Shown here: positions 1 through 14,151 of the stretch, piece by piece | How the letters are laid out: each line of letters opens with the position of its first letter | How positions within the stretch are numbered: position 1 is the stretch's first letter | Source of the DNA: Octopus sinensis | Taxonomy: Eukaryota | Direction: 5' to 3' | Assembly: GCF_006345805.1 (NCBI RefSeq) | Contig: NC_043005.1 | Coordinates: 64,232,001 to 64,296,000 of the forward strand | Length of the DNA stretch: 64,000 nucleotides | Program-made: the position numbers and the translations under genes | The notes under the pieces: generated by a model | The model's database searches: none | Seen by the model: the letters and a program-made list of their open reading frames with translations, nothing else | Told to the model about the DNA's origin: nothing

Positions 1-1476
1 ATTCATACAATTTTTAATGATTACATATTTAAGAATCTACTGTTTTGATTAGTGCTGGTCCGTCATAATTGATAACTTTTTCTACAACATCGCAATTATA
101 TTAGAATGATCTACTTTTATAAAGTGATATCTATCAGAAATGCTTATTTAGATATCTGTAGACCTTTCATATTTCATCATTTATAATTTTCTTGACTGAG
201 ATAAGTCAAAAGCTTTTATTTTTGATAACCATTAACGTGTTAGGAATTGCTGATTTATCATGACCGCATTTGTATGCAGGATTTTGGAGCATCAGAAGTC
301 CAGTCAGAATTGCTAATCAATATTACATGAAGCTGCCAGACTTTGCAAATTTTCTCATTGCGGATATGTCAAAATGTTCGGCTTCAAAGACCGCGTATTC
401 ATCTTAGCTTCACAATTTTCATGATCACTGATATTTCAGAAATTTAAAACTTACAGACAATCAGGCATGCCAGAGTTGATCATTTAGATGACCTCATGTG
501 TATTAGAATATATAATTTTCATGATTGCCAATATGTCACCATATTCAATGTTGATAACTGACGATATTTTAGGCATGAATTCGTTTTTGTATGAGATCGC
601 TGGATGTGTCAGAATGTTTTATAGTCAAACAGACAGGGTAGACATGATTGATAGTTCAGATAACTCTGAACTTGTGAGAATTCTTTTAGCGATTAAAAAT
701 ATGTCAGAATTTTGAATTCTATTCACCGCTGATCAATCAGAAATGATAATTTTCATGATTAACAATCTGTGTAAATTTTCTCAGAGTGAATACCAGTATT
801 CATGCAGTACCTGTAAAAATGTCCACTATTATGATTGCAATGATGGATGAATCAGATAGCGAAGCAATGTTGTTAATCGGTTAACATTCATCTCTGTCCA
901 TAGCTAACATGGTGGTAGTTATTTAGATAGAGATATTTCAACGATTTAATGTGCGCATTTAGAAATTGGAGGATATTTCATAATTATAATGCACTTAACT
1001 GAAATCAGTCAAACTTGCACACTATCGAGAGAAAACAGTGTTTCTCTCTACAATTAACAATCTTGATGATAGATTTTAACTAAGATATCTTGTCACACTT
1101 TATGATATCAAGGATATCAAGGATTTATAGTTGTCTTGCATACTCTAAGTGTGGCTCTATCTCAAAGCGATAGCAGGTGAAACGGAACAATCGCAGGAAA
1201 GTAGTGACGGTGTTCGTAGTCAAAGTCAGAAATTTGCTTAGTGAAAATATTTATCTTCGAGAAGCGTTTGTATATATTTCCTATGCTTTTGTAACGTCAA
1301 TATTTACATTTTGATCAGCGCTTAACCGATTCTCCTCGTACATACACGTAAGAAGAGTGATGATAACTATAATGATGAGTACAACGACAACAACACTGGT
1401 GACGAAAACGACGTTCAGGGTAACAATGATGATGGTGACAGCTATGATGACAACGTCGACATGACTATGTTGCTGA

Positions 1477-1788
1477 CGAGGAGGAGGAAAAGGGGGAAGG
1501 GGCGGGAGGGAGAAGGAAGGAGAGGGGAAGGAAGAGGAGGAAGAGGAAAGGTGGAAGAGGAGGAGGAAGAGGAGGAAGATGGGAAGTGGAAGTAGAGAAA
1601 GAGAAGGAAGAAGAGGGGAACAGGAAGTAGAGAAAGAGAAGAAAGAGGAAGGGGTGGCAGAGGAGGAAGACGATGTGGAAGAGGGAAGAGGGGTGGCAGA
1701 AGGGGATGAGGGGAAGAGGGGGAAGGGGAGTAGGGGAAGAGGAGAGGAAGAGAAGAGGCGGAGGAGAAGGGGAGGAAGGGAGAAAAAA
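1477..1788. repeat. Polypurine (GGA/GAA/AGG) low-complexity tract
   Basis: Almost pure G/A on + strand; explains spurious ORFs 1465-1800 and 1579-1797. Confidence 0.9.
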
Positions 1789-1874
1789 GTTTCCTAACAA
1801 GAAAACTAAACTAAGAATTCTGAGACACCTTCATGAAACGATGTCAGGCAGGCATAGCTGTGAAGTTAAAAAGC

Positions 1875-2210
1875 TCACACGGATTCGGGTTCAGTCTTGC
1901 TGCGCGGCACCTAGGGCAAACGTCTTCTACTATAGCTCCGAGCTGACCAATGCTTTTGGCTGATGGAAACTGTGTAGATGTGCATGTATGTATGTGTGCG
2001 TGTGTGTGTGTGTGTGTGTGTGCTTGTTTGTGTGAGGCCTCGCTGCCTGACAACCGGTTTTGGTTTATTTACGTCTCCGTAAAGTAGCGTTTTGGCATAA
2101 GAATAAGTATGTAAGTACTGGAATATATTTGTTTGACTACCGTTTTCAATGCGGTACCCCAGTATGGCTGCAGTTCAATGACTGAAACAAGTAAAAGTTA
2201 AAAAGATAAA
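1875..2210 (+). mobile_element. Degenerate tRNA-derived SINE, family B (internal TG/TA microsatellite, GTAAAA-repeat tail)
   Basis: Similar to 40417-40837: cgggttcagtc, gggcaaacgtcttctactatagc, (TG)n, tgactgaaacaagtaaaag. Confidence 0.75.
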
Positions 2211-3071
2211 ATATAAGAATCTTATCATTAAAAGTATAAGTGATGTGTTCAACAGTGCGTTTGGCCACATGTTGACACTAGAAGAAAAATGATCAGATTC
2301 GAAGTTAGAAAGCAAAGCCATGCAACAAAATACCATATAGCAATGAGTTCAGCTATCTTTTGTTTCTAATATACAACCGTCCAAACGAAAAATATTTTGA
2401 TTTTAGCTGTATATTATTTTTCATTTTCGTTTTTTTTTTTTCGTTCTTTCTCTTCCATATTCGTGTCTGTTGTGCCTGAAAATAGTAATTTTTAATTAAA
2501 GTCTACAGAATTGGGTCATTAGATATTCTGATTGTTGTTAATTAGCTGCTGTAGTTTTCAATCTTATGATAATTAAATAATGTTGTTTATTGTGATTAGA
2601 TGTTTATAGTTGTTTGTTAATCAATGATATGCTTTAATGGTTGTAAAATTATCTGCTGGTTATTTCGAGTGATTATTTCGAGTGGTTGGGTAATTTGCAC
2701 TATGGTGACTACGCTAGTATTAAAATGTATATTTACGCTTGCGTATGCGAGAAAATGATTGTGCATACGAGAGAGCGAGCGTTTCAGTGTAAGCACAAAA
2801 GTACTAAAGTGGTTTATCATCGCACCAGGTTTGCAGTGTCGGTTCGAATTTCCGGTTGTCATTTATTTTAGTATTTCACCAACCTAAACTTTTCTGAAGC
2901 AGGAAGATCGATATCAAGATGAGGTACAAGTATAAGTTGAATTTGAAAGATAATAGTGGAATATATGGAGTATAATAATTAATAGTGGAATAAGTGTAGA
3001 AATACATATAGCGTATTAAATAAATATAAAATGATGTCACCTAGCGTTTGGATGTCACTAAGTTTAATCTA

Positions 3072-4363
3072 CGAGGGACGTTCAATAAGTAATGCCCCTA
3101 ACCCACTTGCAATTGCTTGATCTAGCTGAAATGTTGCATGTGCAATTATTTATATATCTATAGATTAAGTGGCAAATTACAGCTCTGAACTAATTGTGGT
3201 TTTTGATTTACAGGTGTTTGAACAGAGTCAGGTGTGAAATGGAGCCTGTTGAGTATCGAGCAGTGATCCGGTTTTTGTATTTGAAAGGACGCACACCACG
3301 GGAGACTTTTGATGAAATGAAACTAACTTATGGTGATGATGCCCTATCATATGACCTTGTAAAACGCTGGCATCGTGAATTCAAACATGGACGGAACTCT
3401 GTGGAAACAGCTCCCAGATCTGGTCGCCCCCTTCTGTCATTGATGAGGCAGCTGTCCGTGAATTTGAGGCTGCCATTTTGGAAGATCGACGCATAAATAT
3501 TCGCCAAATAGCCCATGAGCTCAAGATTAGTATCAGGTCTGTGGAAACTATCATTCATGACCATTTGCATATGCAAAAGGTGTCTGCCAGATGGATTCCC
3601 AGGTTGCTCACACCTTTCCAGAAGCAAGAACGCGTCGAGTGCTCGAGGAGGAATTTGGAGATGTGCCAAGAAGATGAGTCAAACTTTTTCAAAAGACTGA
3701 TTACACAGGATGAAACCTAGGTCCATCACTATGATCCAGAGACCAAAGCCCAGTCAATGCAGTGGAAGCGCCGTGACTCACCTCCTCCAAAGAAGGCAAG
3801 GGTGCAGCCCTCCGCTGGCAAGGTCATGCACACAATCTTCCGGGACCAGGACGACGTAGTGATGACAGATTTCCTGGCAAAGGGTACCACAATTACAGGA
3901 GTCTCTTATGCTTCACTTTTGAGGAAATTAAGAGAAGCTATCAAAATCAGGAGGTGGGGCAAGATCAGCAAAGGCATCCTCCTCCTGCAGGACAACGCTC
4001 CGGTCCACAACTCGCGTGTCACCAGATCAGGAGCACAGGCGTGCGGCTATGGACTCCTCCCCCATCCCCCTACTCTCCCGACCTTGCACCCTCTGATTTT
4101 CACCTCTTGCCAGCCATGAAGTTGTTTTTTGAAAGGAAAGCGTTTCCCAGATGATGCAGCCTTGATTTCTGAAGTCAGGTCGTGGTTGGAGGACCAAGCT
4201 GGGGTCTTCTACAAAAACGGTCTCCAAAGCTGCATCAAACGATAGGAGAAATGCGTAACTCTGGGTGCTTCCTATGTAGAAAAAGGCTAATAACTGTGCC
4301 AAGTTTCGTTGCTCTACTGCTATGGGAGGTGGGTCAAGGGCATTACTTATTGAACGCCCCTCG
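3072..4363 (+). mobile_element. Full-length mariner (Tc1/mariner, D,D34D) DNA transposon
   Basis: Left TIR CGAGGGACGTTCAATAAGTAATGCCC matches the reverse complement of the right end (GGGCATTACTTATTGAACGCCCCTCG); TA flanks at 3070-3071 and 4364-4365; 1292 bp. Confidence 0.97.
3239..4290 (+). pseudogene. Disrupted mariner transposase
   Basis: MEPVEYRAVIRFLYLKG, RSGRP, WIPRLL, ITQDET* (TAG at 3718-3720 where W is expected), LLQDNAPVH, YSPDLAPSDF; several frameshifts. Confidence 0.95.
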
Positions 4364-5847
4364 TATAACGTTCAGTTCAACAAAATCTATTTTGTTAAAC
4401 GCGTTTATGTGTGCGTGCCTGTAGGTGTGTGTAAGTGTGTGTGTGAATGTGCATGTGTGCGTGTGTGTAAATAAACGCGCTTTTGACACTTTCCTATACG
4501 ATCAAACGGAGTTATCATCAACGTTACTATACTTCGGCCTCATTCTCCTATACAAACGCACAAACACTCACTGGTATATCTCCAACCAATTTGCTGGTGA
4601 TAGCGGATTCCAATTTTAAGAGTTATCTTCCTTACTTCTGAGAATAATTGATAACTCTAATGGTTATCTTCTCACTGAGATAACTTAATTAATTAAGAAA
4701 TTACTTCCGGCTCACCACCTCACTAATGGTTTTTCACACTTAACTATATGTTTATCATGCAGAAGCCAGGCTTAGAATATTTTCATTTTCGCAATCAGCG
4801 AATGTTCTTTACACTGAGAGCAATTTCCACTAGCCGTACTGACATTGGGTGGAATATTATTCGTAAGAAGCTCTGGTAAGACGGAAATATATGAAAAGTA
4901 GAGCAAGTTTATTTGTGCGTCAAATTATACATTATATACATTGAAACTTTGAGTCTGAAGAAATCAGTTTTAACTTTAGATTCACATTTCTTTAACACAT
5001 TTATTAATGGAATCTCTTGCCTAGATATTCCAGGTCTGTCTCCGACACAGGAGTATTCAGAAAACTGTTGTAAGTCATGACAGAACAAAACAAAGTTGAT
5101 CTCATTAATTATCTCTAATAGTTTAAAATTGTTTAACAAGTAAAAATGAACTCCTGCAGGCCTAATCTGGATGATAGCAGCATCGTAGTAGTTTTGGCTG
5201 CCAAGAATAACGGCTACTGTATTTATGAAAGAGAACAAATATGCTGCTAAACTAAATTAACACGATAATAGAGGATAACAATGGAATGGTTAACGAAATT
5301 CCTTATCTTAACACAACACATGTGATCACGTCAACTAAAAAATAAGAATATGAATCAACTTATCATATTAGTATCGCTTCTATCACCCCTTTCAGTGCCA
5401 GTTTCAAAGAGTATTGTAATAGTATTATCATTCATACTGTTGATCTGAAATTATCAGATTGTCCGCCACGCTTTTCAACCGAATTTGAAAGAGAGGGAGA
5501 GAAAACGGTTAAAGCTATTCTCCTATAACTTGCTACAACAGATATCTTTTCCTCTTCTTTTCTTTTTCAGCTATGACCAAAGGAAAAATATTATCTTGAC
5601 CAGTGGTTCTCATTTTTTTCTTTTTTATTCGTGGCAAGGTGGTGATCGGAAAAAAAATATTCACGATGCACTTTTCATGGAAAGTTAAAAATTGGCGCAC
5701 TTCGATTGGAAAGTTTCCAGAGTACAATAAAAACTGTTTTAAAAATCAACTTTTAAAAAATAACATAAATCAACTGCTTACCGTTTATTATTTGTACATA
5801 ATTCTATCTACTATATGTACAGGGCCTGGAATTTTAAGGGATGGGTA

Positions 5848-6053
5848 TAATCGACCCAGAGGTTCGCTGGTACTTACTTATCGACCACGGTACTTATCTT
5901 ATCGACCAGAGGTTCGCTGGTACGTTTCTTATCGACCACGAAAGGTTGTAAAACAAAGTTAACGTTCGGCGGAATTTCAGCTCAAAACTTAAAATCGGAA
6001 TACCGCGAAGTATTTTGTCCGGCGTGCTAACGATTCTACCACCTCCCTGTCTT
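5848..6053 (-). mobile_element. Degenerate SINE family A (Deu/Nin-like core)
   Basis: ggtacttat..atcgacc, cggcggaatttcagctc, ccggcgtgctaacgattct match the reverse complement of 35086-35260. Confidence 0.7.
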
Positions 6054-6059
6054 AAAAGT

Positions 6060-6277
6060 TTCCCGTGATCACATGACCGACCAGGCTATCAAATGTTGTT
6101 ACACATCGCTGGTCACAATGCATTTTGCACTGTTCCAGTCTTCAAATGACACCAACCCGCTGGCTAGAAGGGCAGGCCAACATTCCCACCCGAAAGGGGG
6201 ACTGGAACAACGTGAAATAACCCATGACCTAGCGATCGTGAGCGCAACAGCCTAGCCACTAGGTCACGCGTTTTCAC
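6060..6277 (-). mobile_element. tRNA-derived SINE remnant, family C-related
   Basis: actggaacaacgtgaaataa and cctagccactaggtcacgcg resemble the head of 43056-43390. Confidence 0.55.
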
Positions 6278-6791
6278 GTCTTATATATGTGCATAATAAA
6301 ATTATGAATAATAACGTTTATCAAGACTTTCAAGCGTTAGCATAAATTTTATAGCGCTTTAAATTTTATTATTTTATAAATCCACACACTCCTAGATACC
6401 TCTGCGTACCTGTGCACCGTTTAAGAACGACTGATCTTCATAAAATAACAGCAGTAAATATATTAACCTAATTGACTCCGTCATATTGTTCTTTCGGATT
6501 TATTAGTATGATATGCTTCTATTCCCAAAGTGCTTCGATTTATTAGTTGACTAGCCACCCTTTGATTCCACTACGACAGAGCAATCAAGTATAAAACAGA
6601 CTTCGATTTACTGATACATAATCAAACAATTTCCTACCGAAATGACCTGATATATTTACACATTTTTGCCTACAGCGAGAATTTGTCTCCATAACAAAAT
6701 GCAGTGAATAGCCTTTTCGCGGGTTCGAATATATTTAACATATTTGAATTGGCAACAAGATTGTGTGTGTGTGTGTCTGTGTGCGTGCATC

Positions 6792-6831
<40 letters not shown>

Positions 6832-7931
6832 GTGGAATAGGGGGGCTACATATATACATACATGTTGGTATATGGGGTCCACATAATCACCAGATGTTGG
6901 TTGGGTGAGCACCATACTGGGCTAAACCTTCCAAAGAGTGATGCAAACTCCATGTCCTACTTCGACCTCTTCATGGTACCACCTGGATCTAAACCAACAG
7001 GAGATGACGACTGCGGGTGTCTGATGCTGTATAACCAGGCCGCTCCGAGCAGACGGGGCTCGTTTGGAATGATCGGCAGCCTCTCTAGAAGGACATTCCG
7101 ATATAAAACCTATGACTTGATGACCTCTCTGTCATCGTCCCTGCTTGCTGGACCACAGTAGATGAACCCCGGGTATATAGGGCGGGTCCAGTTCTGCGCG
7201 GACTGCACTTCACCTTAAAACTCCATTGCACAGGCCGAAGGACCTGTATACGTCCATGACCATGATCTAACTCCCCAAGCCCTGTAACAAAACATTGTGC
7301 TCTGTCGTAGTAGAATCAGAATCAAAGGGTGGCTGGACAACTAATAATTACACTGTGCAAAAACAAAGGGGAAAGTCAGACTACTCAAACTACCGCGGGA
7401 TCACTCTGCTTTCCGCAGCAGGAAAAGAACTTGAATATCGGAGGCAGAGTAATATGCTTTATTATTAAAGCTGCAAAATATCACACAAATCTGCTAATCG
7501 GAGCTTCACATTCCCGTTCTTCGAGCAATTGTGATTAAGAATGAAATAAATATTGTGATTATATGTATAATGTATATTTTGATATGATTCAAATTGACAG
7601 ATACACATTTGAACTTGATTGGTTGATTTCACTAATGATCTTTTGGAAGTATGCAATTTGAGACAGTAAGTATAAAATAGAAAATAAAAATACCTGACTA
7701 TCGTGTGGTTTAAATTTATAAAACAAACTTACATTTCTATTGATTAATTAGTCATTTATTTAGCATTAAGTTATCTATTGTGGGCCTGTATGATTTCTTT
7801 TTGACTAATTTCAAGGATTTCTTTCATTATATATGTGATATTTTTGTGATGTCTTTGCAACAGACATACAGACAAGCAGGCAGACAAACTGACAGACAGA
7901 CAAACTGACAGACAGGCAGGCAGTCAGGCTT

Positions 7932-8069
<138 letters not shown>

Positions 8070-8357
8070 GTCTCCAATGGTCTCTAATGGTTTCACTGTT
8101 TATGTTTAACGGTGTTGTATAGAGTTACATATTTTTGTATTGAAAATCTAACTTTGAGATTCGATTAATAATAATCGATAAAATAAATGCCAGGTTGAAA
8201 AAAGTGCTAAAAATTATATGATAGGCTAATAAAACTTTCAGAATTTGGTATCCAGCATAAAATAAACGAATGTGTTTTAGCTGGCTCGGATATATGATAA
8301 TCTGACCCGAATAGAGGATTTCACCTCTCTTAATCACTTATGGATTTGTGTTTAGAG

Positions 8358-8521
8358 AAATGTTTCCTAACCTGGGGTGCAAAAATTTGTTTCAGGGGTG
8401 AAAATTTAAATTAAACATCGTTTGTATTTGAATACCACTTGAAAGGAGTTAAAGAGGAGTGCCAGCCGATGTGATTTGACATCAATGGAGCGTTAGTGTG
8501 ACAAAACTTTGGTAAACACCG
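8358..8521. mobile_element. Possible degenerate hAT-type MITE
   Basis: Left tgtttcctaacctgggg and right aaaactttggtaaacaccg resemble hAT ends; flanks gtttagag and gtgtagaa are an imperfect 8-bp duplication. Confidence 0.35.
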
Positions 8522-10142
8522 GTGTAGAACATAATAACTTAAGAAAGTAGAACTTGTGAATTACAAAGTATTCTCATATTCATTCAAGATCGTGGTAGGC
8601 AATAGAATTTATTGAATTCTCCTATTGAATAATTGTATGTCTTGCACAGACCACAATCAGTTTCCTTAGATTGTGATTTTACTTTATGGACATGTAAGCA
8701 TAATTCATCTGAATATGACTGACGATTGGACTTGACGATAGCTGTAAGACGAAGCCTTTAAGCAGTAAATGTAAAGCTAGAAGTCGAAAAACGGCGCGAT
8801 TCGAATGCCAGTATTTACTTTTCTTCCGAACTTGGCTTGCTTTGCCAATGTTATTTACTTGGTGAGTGGTTGTTTAAGCGAAACCCTACTTGAATAGACG
8901 TTTCGTAAAGTAAAAGTACCCTAACATCAATATGTTTGGGATTTAGTCTTTTTCATTCGCAAAATGAGCCCCCTTTAATTTTTCTCTGATTGCTTTCAAT
9001 TTCGTTGTATCGATGCAACTCTGGATTTTGATTACGATCAACCAGTTATTTTATCTGATGTTATTTGGTATTCATGTTGGAAAATTTGGGTAATTTTAGC
9101 CAATTAACAGACAGAGAGGAATTAACAACTTGTAACCATGACAACCACACATTGTGTTGTGTTCCACCTGCATGTTGTGTTGATTCTTCATACAACGAGA
9201 CTTATTTCAACGGCGTGTTTTGTTTTAATAAAAATTTATATTTATCAATTAGAATTTTATTATAGATATTTTTCGTCAATTGTAATATTTTACATATTTT
9301 TCATTTATAACAAAAGTTGTTAGCGATGTTTATACAGTTTCTAGGCAATATGAAGGTGAATGGAATATGTGAACTTAGTACAGATAATTTGACATTATTT
9401 TTGAAATTTTGCATGCAAAAACATATAAGATACAGGTATTCCTTTTCTTGAGACAAATTCTATTTTGACCAGTGTTATTCTTATCGTAGTTTATAAATCC
9501 AAGCATGAAAACGTTACTCAACTTTGAAGTTTTGGACACACACACACACACACGAACACATGCACATTAATGATGTAAACAAATACATGATAGGTGATCA
9601 TAATACTGAAATAAGCGCAAACACATGCAACAAATATGTTTATATTACACATTTTTTTTAAATAATAAAAATATACAATCAATGAAGAGGCAAAAGAAAC
9701 AGTAGGATGGTACATATTGATTTTATTGAGTATTTCTGTTTATTTTTAAACCTACAATGAAGAGGTCATTTCACAGGCGCTAAACGATAAATTTCACAGG
9801 GTACAACCTTAAAGTTGATACCGCTCCACTAAACGCAGAAAATTTGTCTCGCTATTGGCTATAAATACACGCTTTTTTCGATTTTTAAACCTCTGGAACG
9901 TTTTCCTCCAACTTTTTTCTCCACAACATCAAACCTTCATAGCAATTAGACTGGAAAACTAAATTATTATAGCCGATTTTCAGATTTTTTACTGTCTTTT
10001 TTAAAAAATGCATATTTTGCGAATAAAAAAAACTATATCCGATGTTTGTACTAAAATGGACACGTTTGTACTAAAAAAGACGCGTGAGATAGAGAGTTGT
10101 TGATGAGATCAAAGGAAGAAAAAGCTTTGACAAAGAGACTAA

Positions 10143-10237
<95 letters not shown>

Positions 10238-10290
10238 TAATAATAATAATAATAATAATAATATAATAATAATAATAATAATAATAATAA
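10143..10290. repeat. (TAA)n microsatellite with no insertion
   Basis: Long trinucleotide run. Confidence 0.98.
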
Positions 10291-10610
10291 AGCTGAAGTG
10301 AAGGCCAAATACATAGTGCGTGTGCTTTATTGGCAAAATACTACAATTCACAAGTATAACAATATCTACAAAAATCTATGCAGCAATCTTGTCATAAACA
10401 TTTTGACAATTAAAACAATATTGATCCACATAATCAAGTTTTCCCAGGAATTGTTTTAAACAACATTGAGATTTTCAATGTATAATACTGTTTTTATAAT
10501 ATTAAATAATTATGGAATTTCAAGACCATTTATTTTAAGAGTGACTTTTTAACACTTCACATAAAAGTAAGCTTAAAACTGTTGGTTGGCAGATTCGAAG
10601 GAGCAACGAT

Positions 10611-10641
<31 letters not shown>

Positions 10642-10642
10642 G

Positions 10643-10685
<43 letters not shown>

Positions 10686-11104
10686 TCAAATCTGGCTAAT
10701 GTTTGCTTGCCTTTCATCTTTTTGGGTTTATAAGTAAAATACTTGTCCAAAAGTGTGTCACACTAGTCCAGCCTAAGAATTGCATTAAAAGAACTCGTAT
10801 CTGTGGGAATTCTTATCTACTTACACTTCCATTTAGAATAAGAACTCAAGTCTGGATATCGGTATGTTTAATCCATAACTGTGAGTTCAATAAAATCTAT
10901 TTTGCCAGACTCGCGGTTGCTTATGTGTACGAGTGTCGAATATCTGAATGCTCATCGTCGACAACACGACAACGACGGACAAACTCCCAAATGCAAATGT
11001 ATAAATCGAAATTTCAATTTATGACCTTGAAATTCATTGTACTCATATATTCTTCTATCCAAAACCGCGTATACCTGAACTGATGCAAATATGGTAAAGG
11101 GTAA

Positions 11105-11408
11105 AAACTTCCTTTGGTCACGAATGACCATGAGATTGCACCTAGAATGTTCCCCTCTGAGGGGACAAGCCTGAACAAGGTTGTTTATGGAAGACCAGCA
11201 ATCGCCCTTGCATACCATCCTCCCCTCTCCACGCCACCGATGTTATCAAAGGGAAAGGCAAAAAATGATACAGCTTGGTATCAGTGACGTCGCAAAATGA
11301 AATAAAGTGTCTTGCTCATGAACACAACACAAAGCTCGGTCCGGTAATCGAACTCACTACCTCATGAGTGTGAGCCCGACGATCTAACCACTGAGCCATG
11401 CGCCTTCA
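11105..11408 (-). mobile_element. tRNA-derived SINE family C
   Basis: Collinear with 43056-43390 and the reverse complement of 54976-55312; B-box-like gagttcgatt on - strand. Confidence 0.85.
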
Positions 11409-14151
11409 CAAATGCACGACAAGATAATATATATCAAATTACTCATACTAAATTGTGACTGCAACCAAGACGCTTAATCCTTTAAAGTCCCTGTCAAATC
11501 CCAATGTAAACAAATGTTGTAAAGCCAAGTAACAATTATAACTCTGGTAAAATATGTCTTAAAAAATGCAATGTGGGTACGTGAGGAAAAGAGAGAGAAC
11601 GAGAGAGAGAGACAGATAGAAAGAAACCAGTTGAGAATTAAATCTCACTTGTCTCTTCTAGAAGTAACTGAGTTAATCACCCATTTATGAATACTTGTCA
11701 TGAATAGTGTCAGGAATGGATCAAATTAGAAAATAAATTATTCACTTCGCAACGTTTGCCTACTTGTTCCTGTTTGATCTGTATAGGTGGTTCGATATTT
11801 CAGGTGCCTTGTGTTACCTTTGTCACATGAGTTAATCTTTGCGTATGTATTTGCAGTTATATGTCTGTGAGTCCTTATTCGCTGATACTACACTCTGCTC
11901 TCTTCTTATCCTATTCTGATATATTTCTGCCTGCCATCTCTCATAGTAACCACTTCTCTCTCACATCTCCCCTCCCCTCCCATTCAATACTTCTCTTACC
12001 TCTCCTTCCACACGTTATTCACTGAAATTATTTCTTCGTCCGCTTTCTATTTATGCCTGACGAAATATTCAAGTCCGACGGGCACTATTGGAACACACTA
12101 GTCCCTATACACAGATGAAGCAGAAACAAATAAATTTGAATTTATTAAAACATTTAAATACAAAGAAACTGGGGACGGGTGGGGGAGATAAGAAAGGAAA
12201 AGAAATAAAAGAAAAAAGTGAGGAGGTAAAACAGCATAAGATCGAGAGGAGGGGACGATAGGTTACATACCCCAGAACAAATGGTGTACTTAACCGCGTC
12301 CTGCTGTAATGATTGTGGTGGCGTTGCCGCAGAGAACAGCCAGCGACGCTCGCTGTAGAAGCTACTACATATCACGGGGTTCGTTTCTCAGACGGGCCGC
12401 GGTTAACTTTATTTTGCGGAGGAAATTGGTAGTACAAGATCTTAGGACACCTGACGTCTCGACGGCGACCGTCACAAACTAATAGCGGCAGGCCAATCCC
12501 CTGTATGTGTTGGTTTTTCTCTCCTCTACGTTACCTGTAACGACACCTGGGTTTGCGGCCGATGCTGTAAGGTTAAACATCAGATCTTTCCCCGCTAATC
12601 ATGACAGCCAAACGTTTCTGATACACAACAAACTCTCTTTTCGATTTGTAGATTAAAATTACTATAGCTGTGGTGGTGACATATACTAGGCAACTGACCG
12701 CCAGGTTTGAAATTCAAACGTTGCTTCAATCATTGTGCAATGTACTTCTGAATATGATACATAGTTCAGCTTCCTTCGGTATGCATGACATGATAAAACG
12801 AAATTCGATTCCTCATTTCCGGTTGAGTGGTTAGCAGTATGAAGTGCATCCGTCTGTGAAAGCTCTTGCTTCACCACCCAAAAAAAAAACTGATTTCACC
12901 CATGCTACAGTTTTGAAAATTGGAAGTGACGCAGTTAAAAAAAAATGATAGTTTCATGCCAATATAATATTTTAATGTCATAAACCAACAGAGTTGATAA
13001 GACTGAAATGGAAGCTAATCAACTCTTTTAATGTATACGCAACATTAAGCATTCCGCATATAACATTTTGGATATTTTATGAATATTTTCTACAAAATGT
13101 TTTTGATGTTTTATTTGTTTTTCTTTTGTGTGTTTTTTTGTTTATTTGCCTGCTGTTGCTTGTTTTATGTTTGATGATGGTGGTGGGGGGATGGTTGCTA
13201 AGTAATTATGATCTTACTCTCTGACTCATAAACGATGATTTCAAAACTTCATGCAGATGTCGAAATATCTGACTTACCATGGTTACTGATACCGGATATG
13301 CTAAACATTATAATAACATAAAGCTGAAATGTCGTTATGTAAAAGAAATATTTCATTCTCTCAATGTAAATACACTATAGCCATCAATAGAGCAAAAACT
13401 ACAAAGTAAAAAATTATTAATATTCCTATGTATGCCTTTATGTATGTGCGCGTGTCTCTGTGTCCGTATGAGAGTGTATGCGTGCGCGTGCTTGTGTCGA
13501 TACTGAAAATAAAGTGAATCGTGCAAATATAAAGAGTACATTTATGAGAGATAGCATTAAAAATCTCACGTTTTTATTCTCTCTCATATATGTATTCCTT
13601 ATATTCCCCATGTTCTGCTTTGTTTAAATGGTAAACATATAATATATTCGTCATTCAATCCAAGGTATATATATATATATTCTGTTTGCCAAACTGTGCC
13701 AAAAGTTCGAGCTTATTCTGTAGAAAATCGAGCAGTTTTTGCAACATTGTATGACGAAGACTTTTTTATCTTTGAATCAGTTAGTCATATGATACTATGC
13801 TAACGGAAAAAGTTGTGAAAGGTCTGTGATAAATACACGTATAAGGTATTTCCATAAATATGTTTGCTGCTAATAGAAGATATTTGACAAATATGAGACA
13901 GAAAAACAAACTATCTAAGCTTCTTAGCTGAGGAATTTTTCAGCATCTTCTCAACGTTTGTCACAAAGATTTGAAAATATTCCGAAGTTTTAGATGCTAT
14001 TATTCGTTATCCATTGACTGAACATGACTGGCTATTCCCAATTCTAAAATAAGCTCAATGTTTCCTACAGTTAATATAAATATGAAACACACACAAATGT
14101 ATTTAGATGACCCCGTCGCCATGTGTTTATTGAAGTAGTTTTGTTGTCTGT

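Noticed and set aside
12050-12130. cctgacgaa..gaaac as a hammerhead
   Set aside because: Spacing is too long and no paired stems are evident
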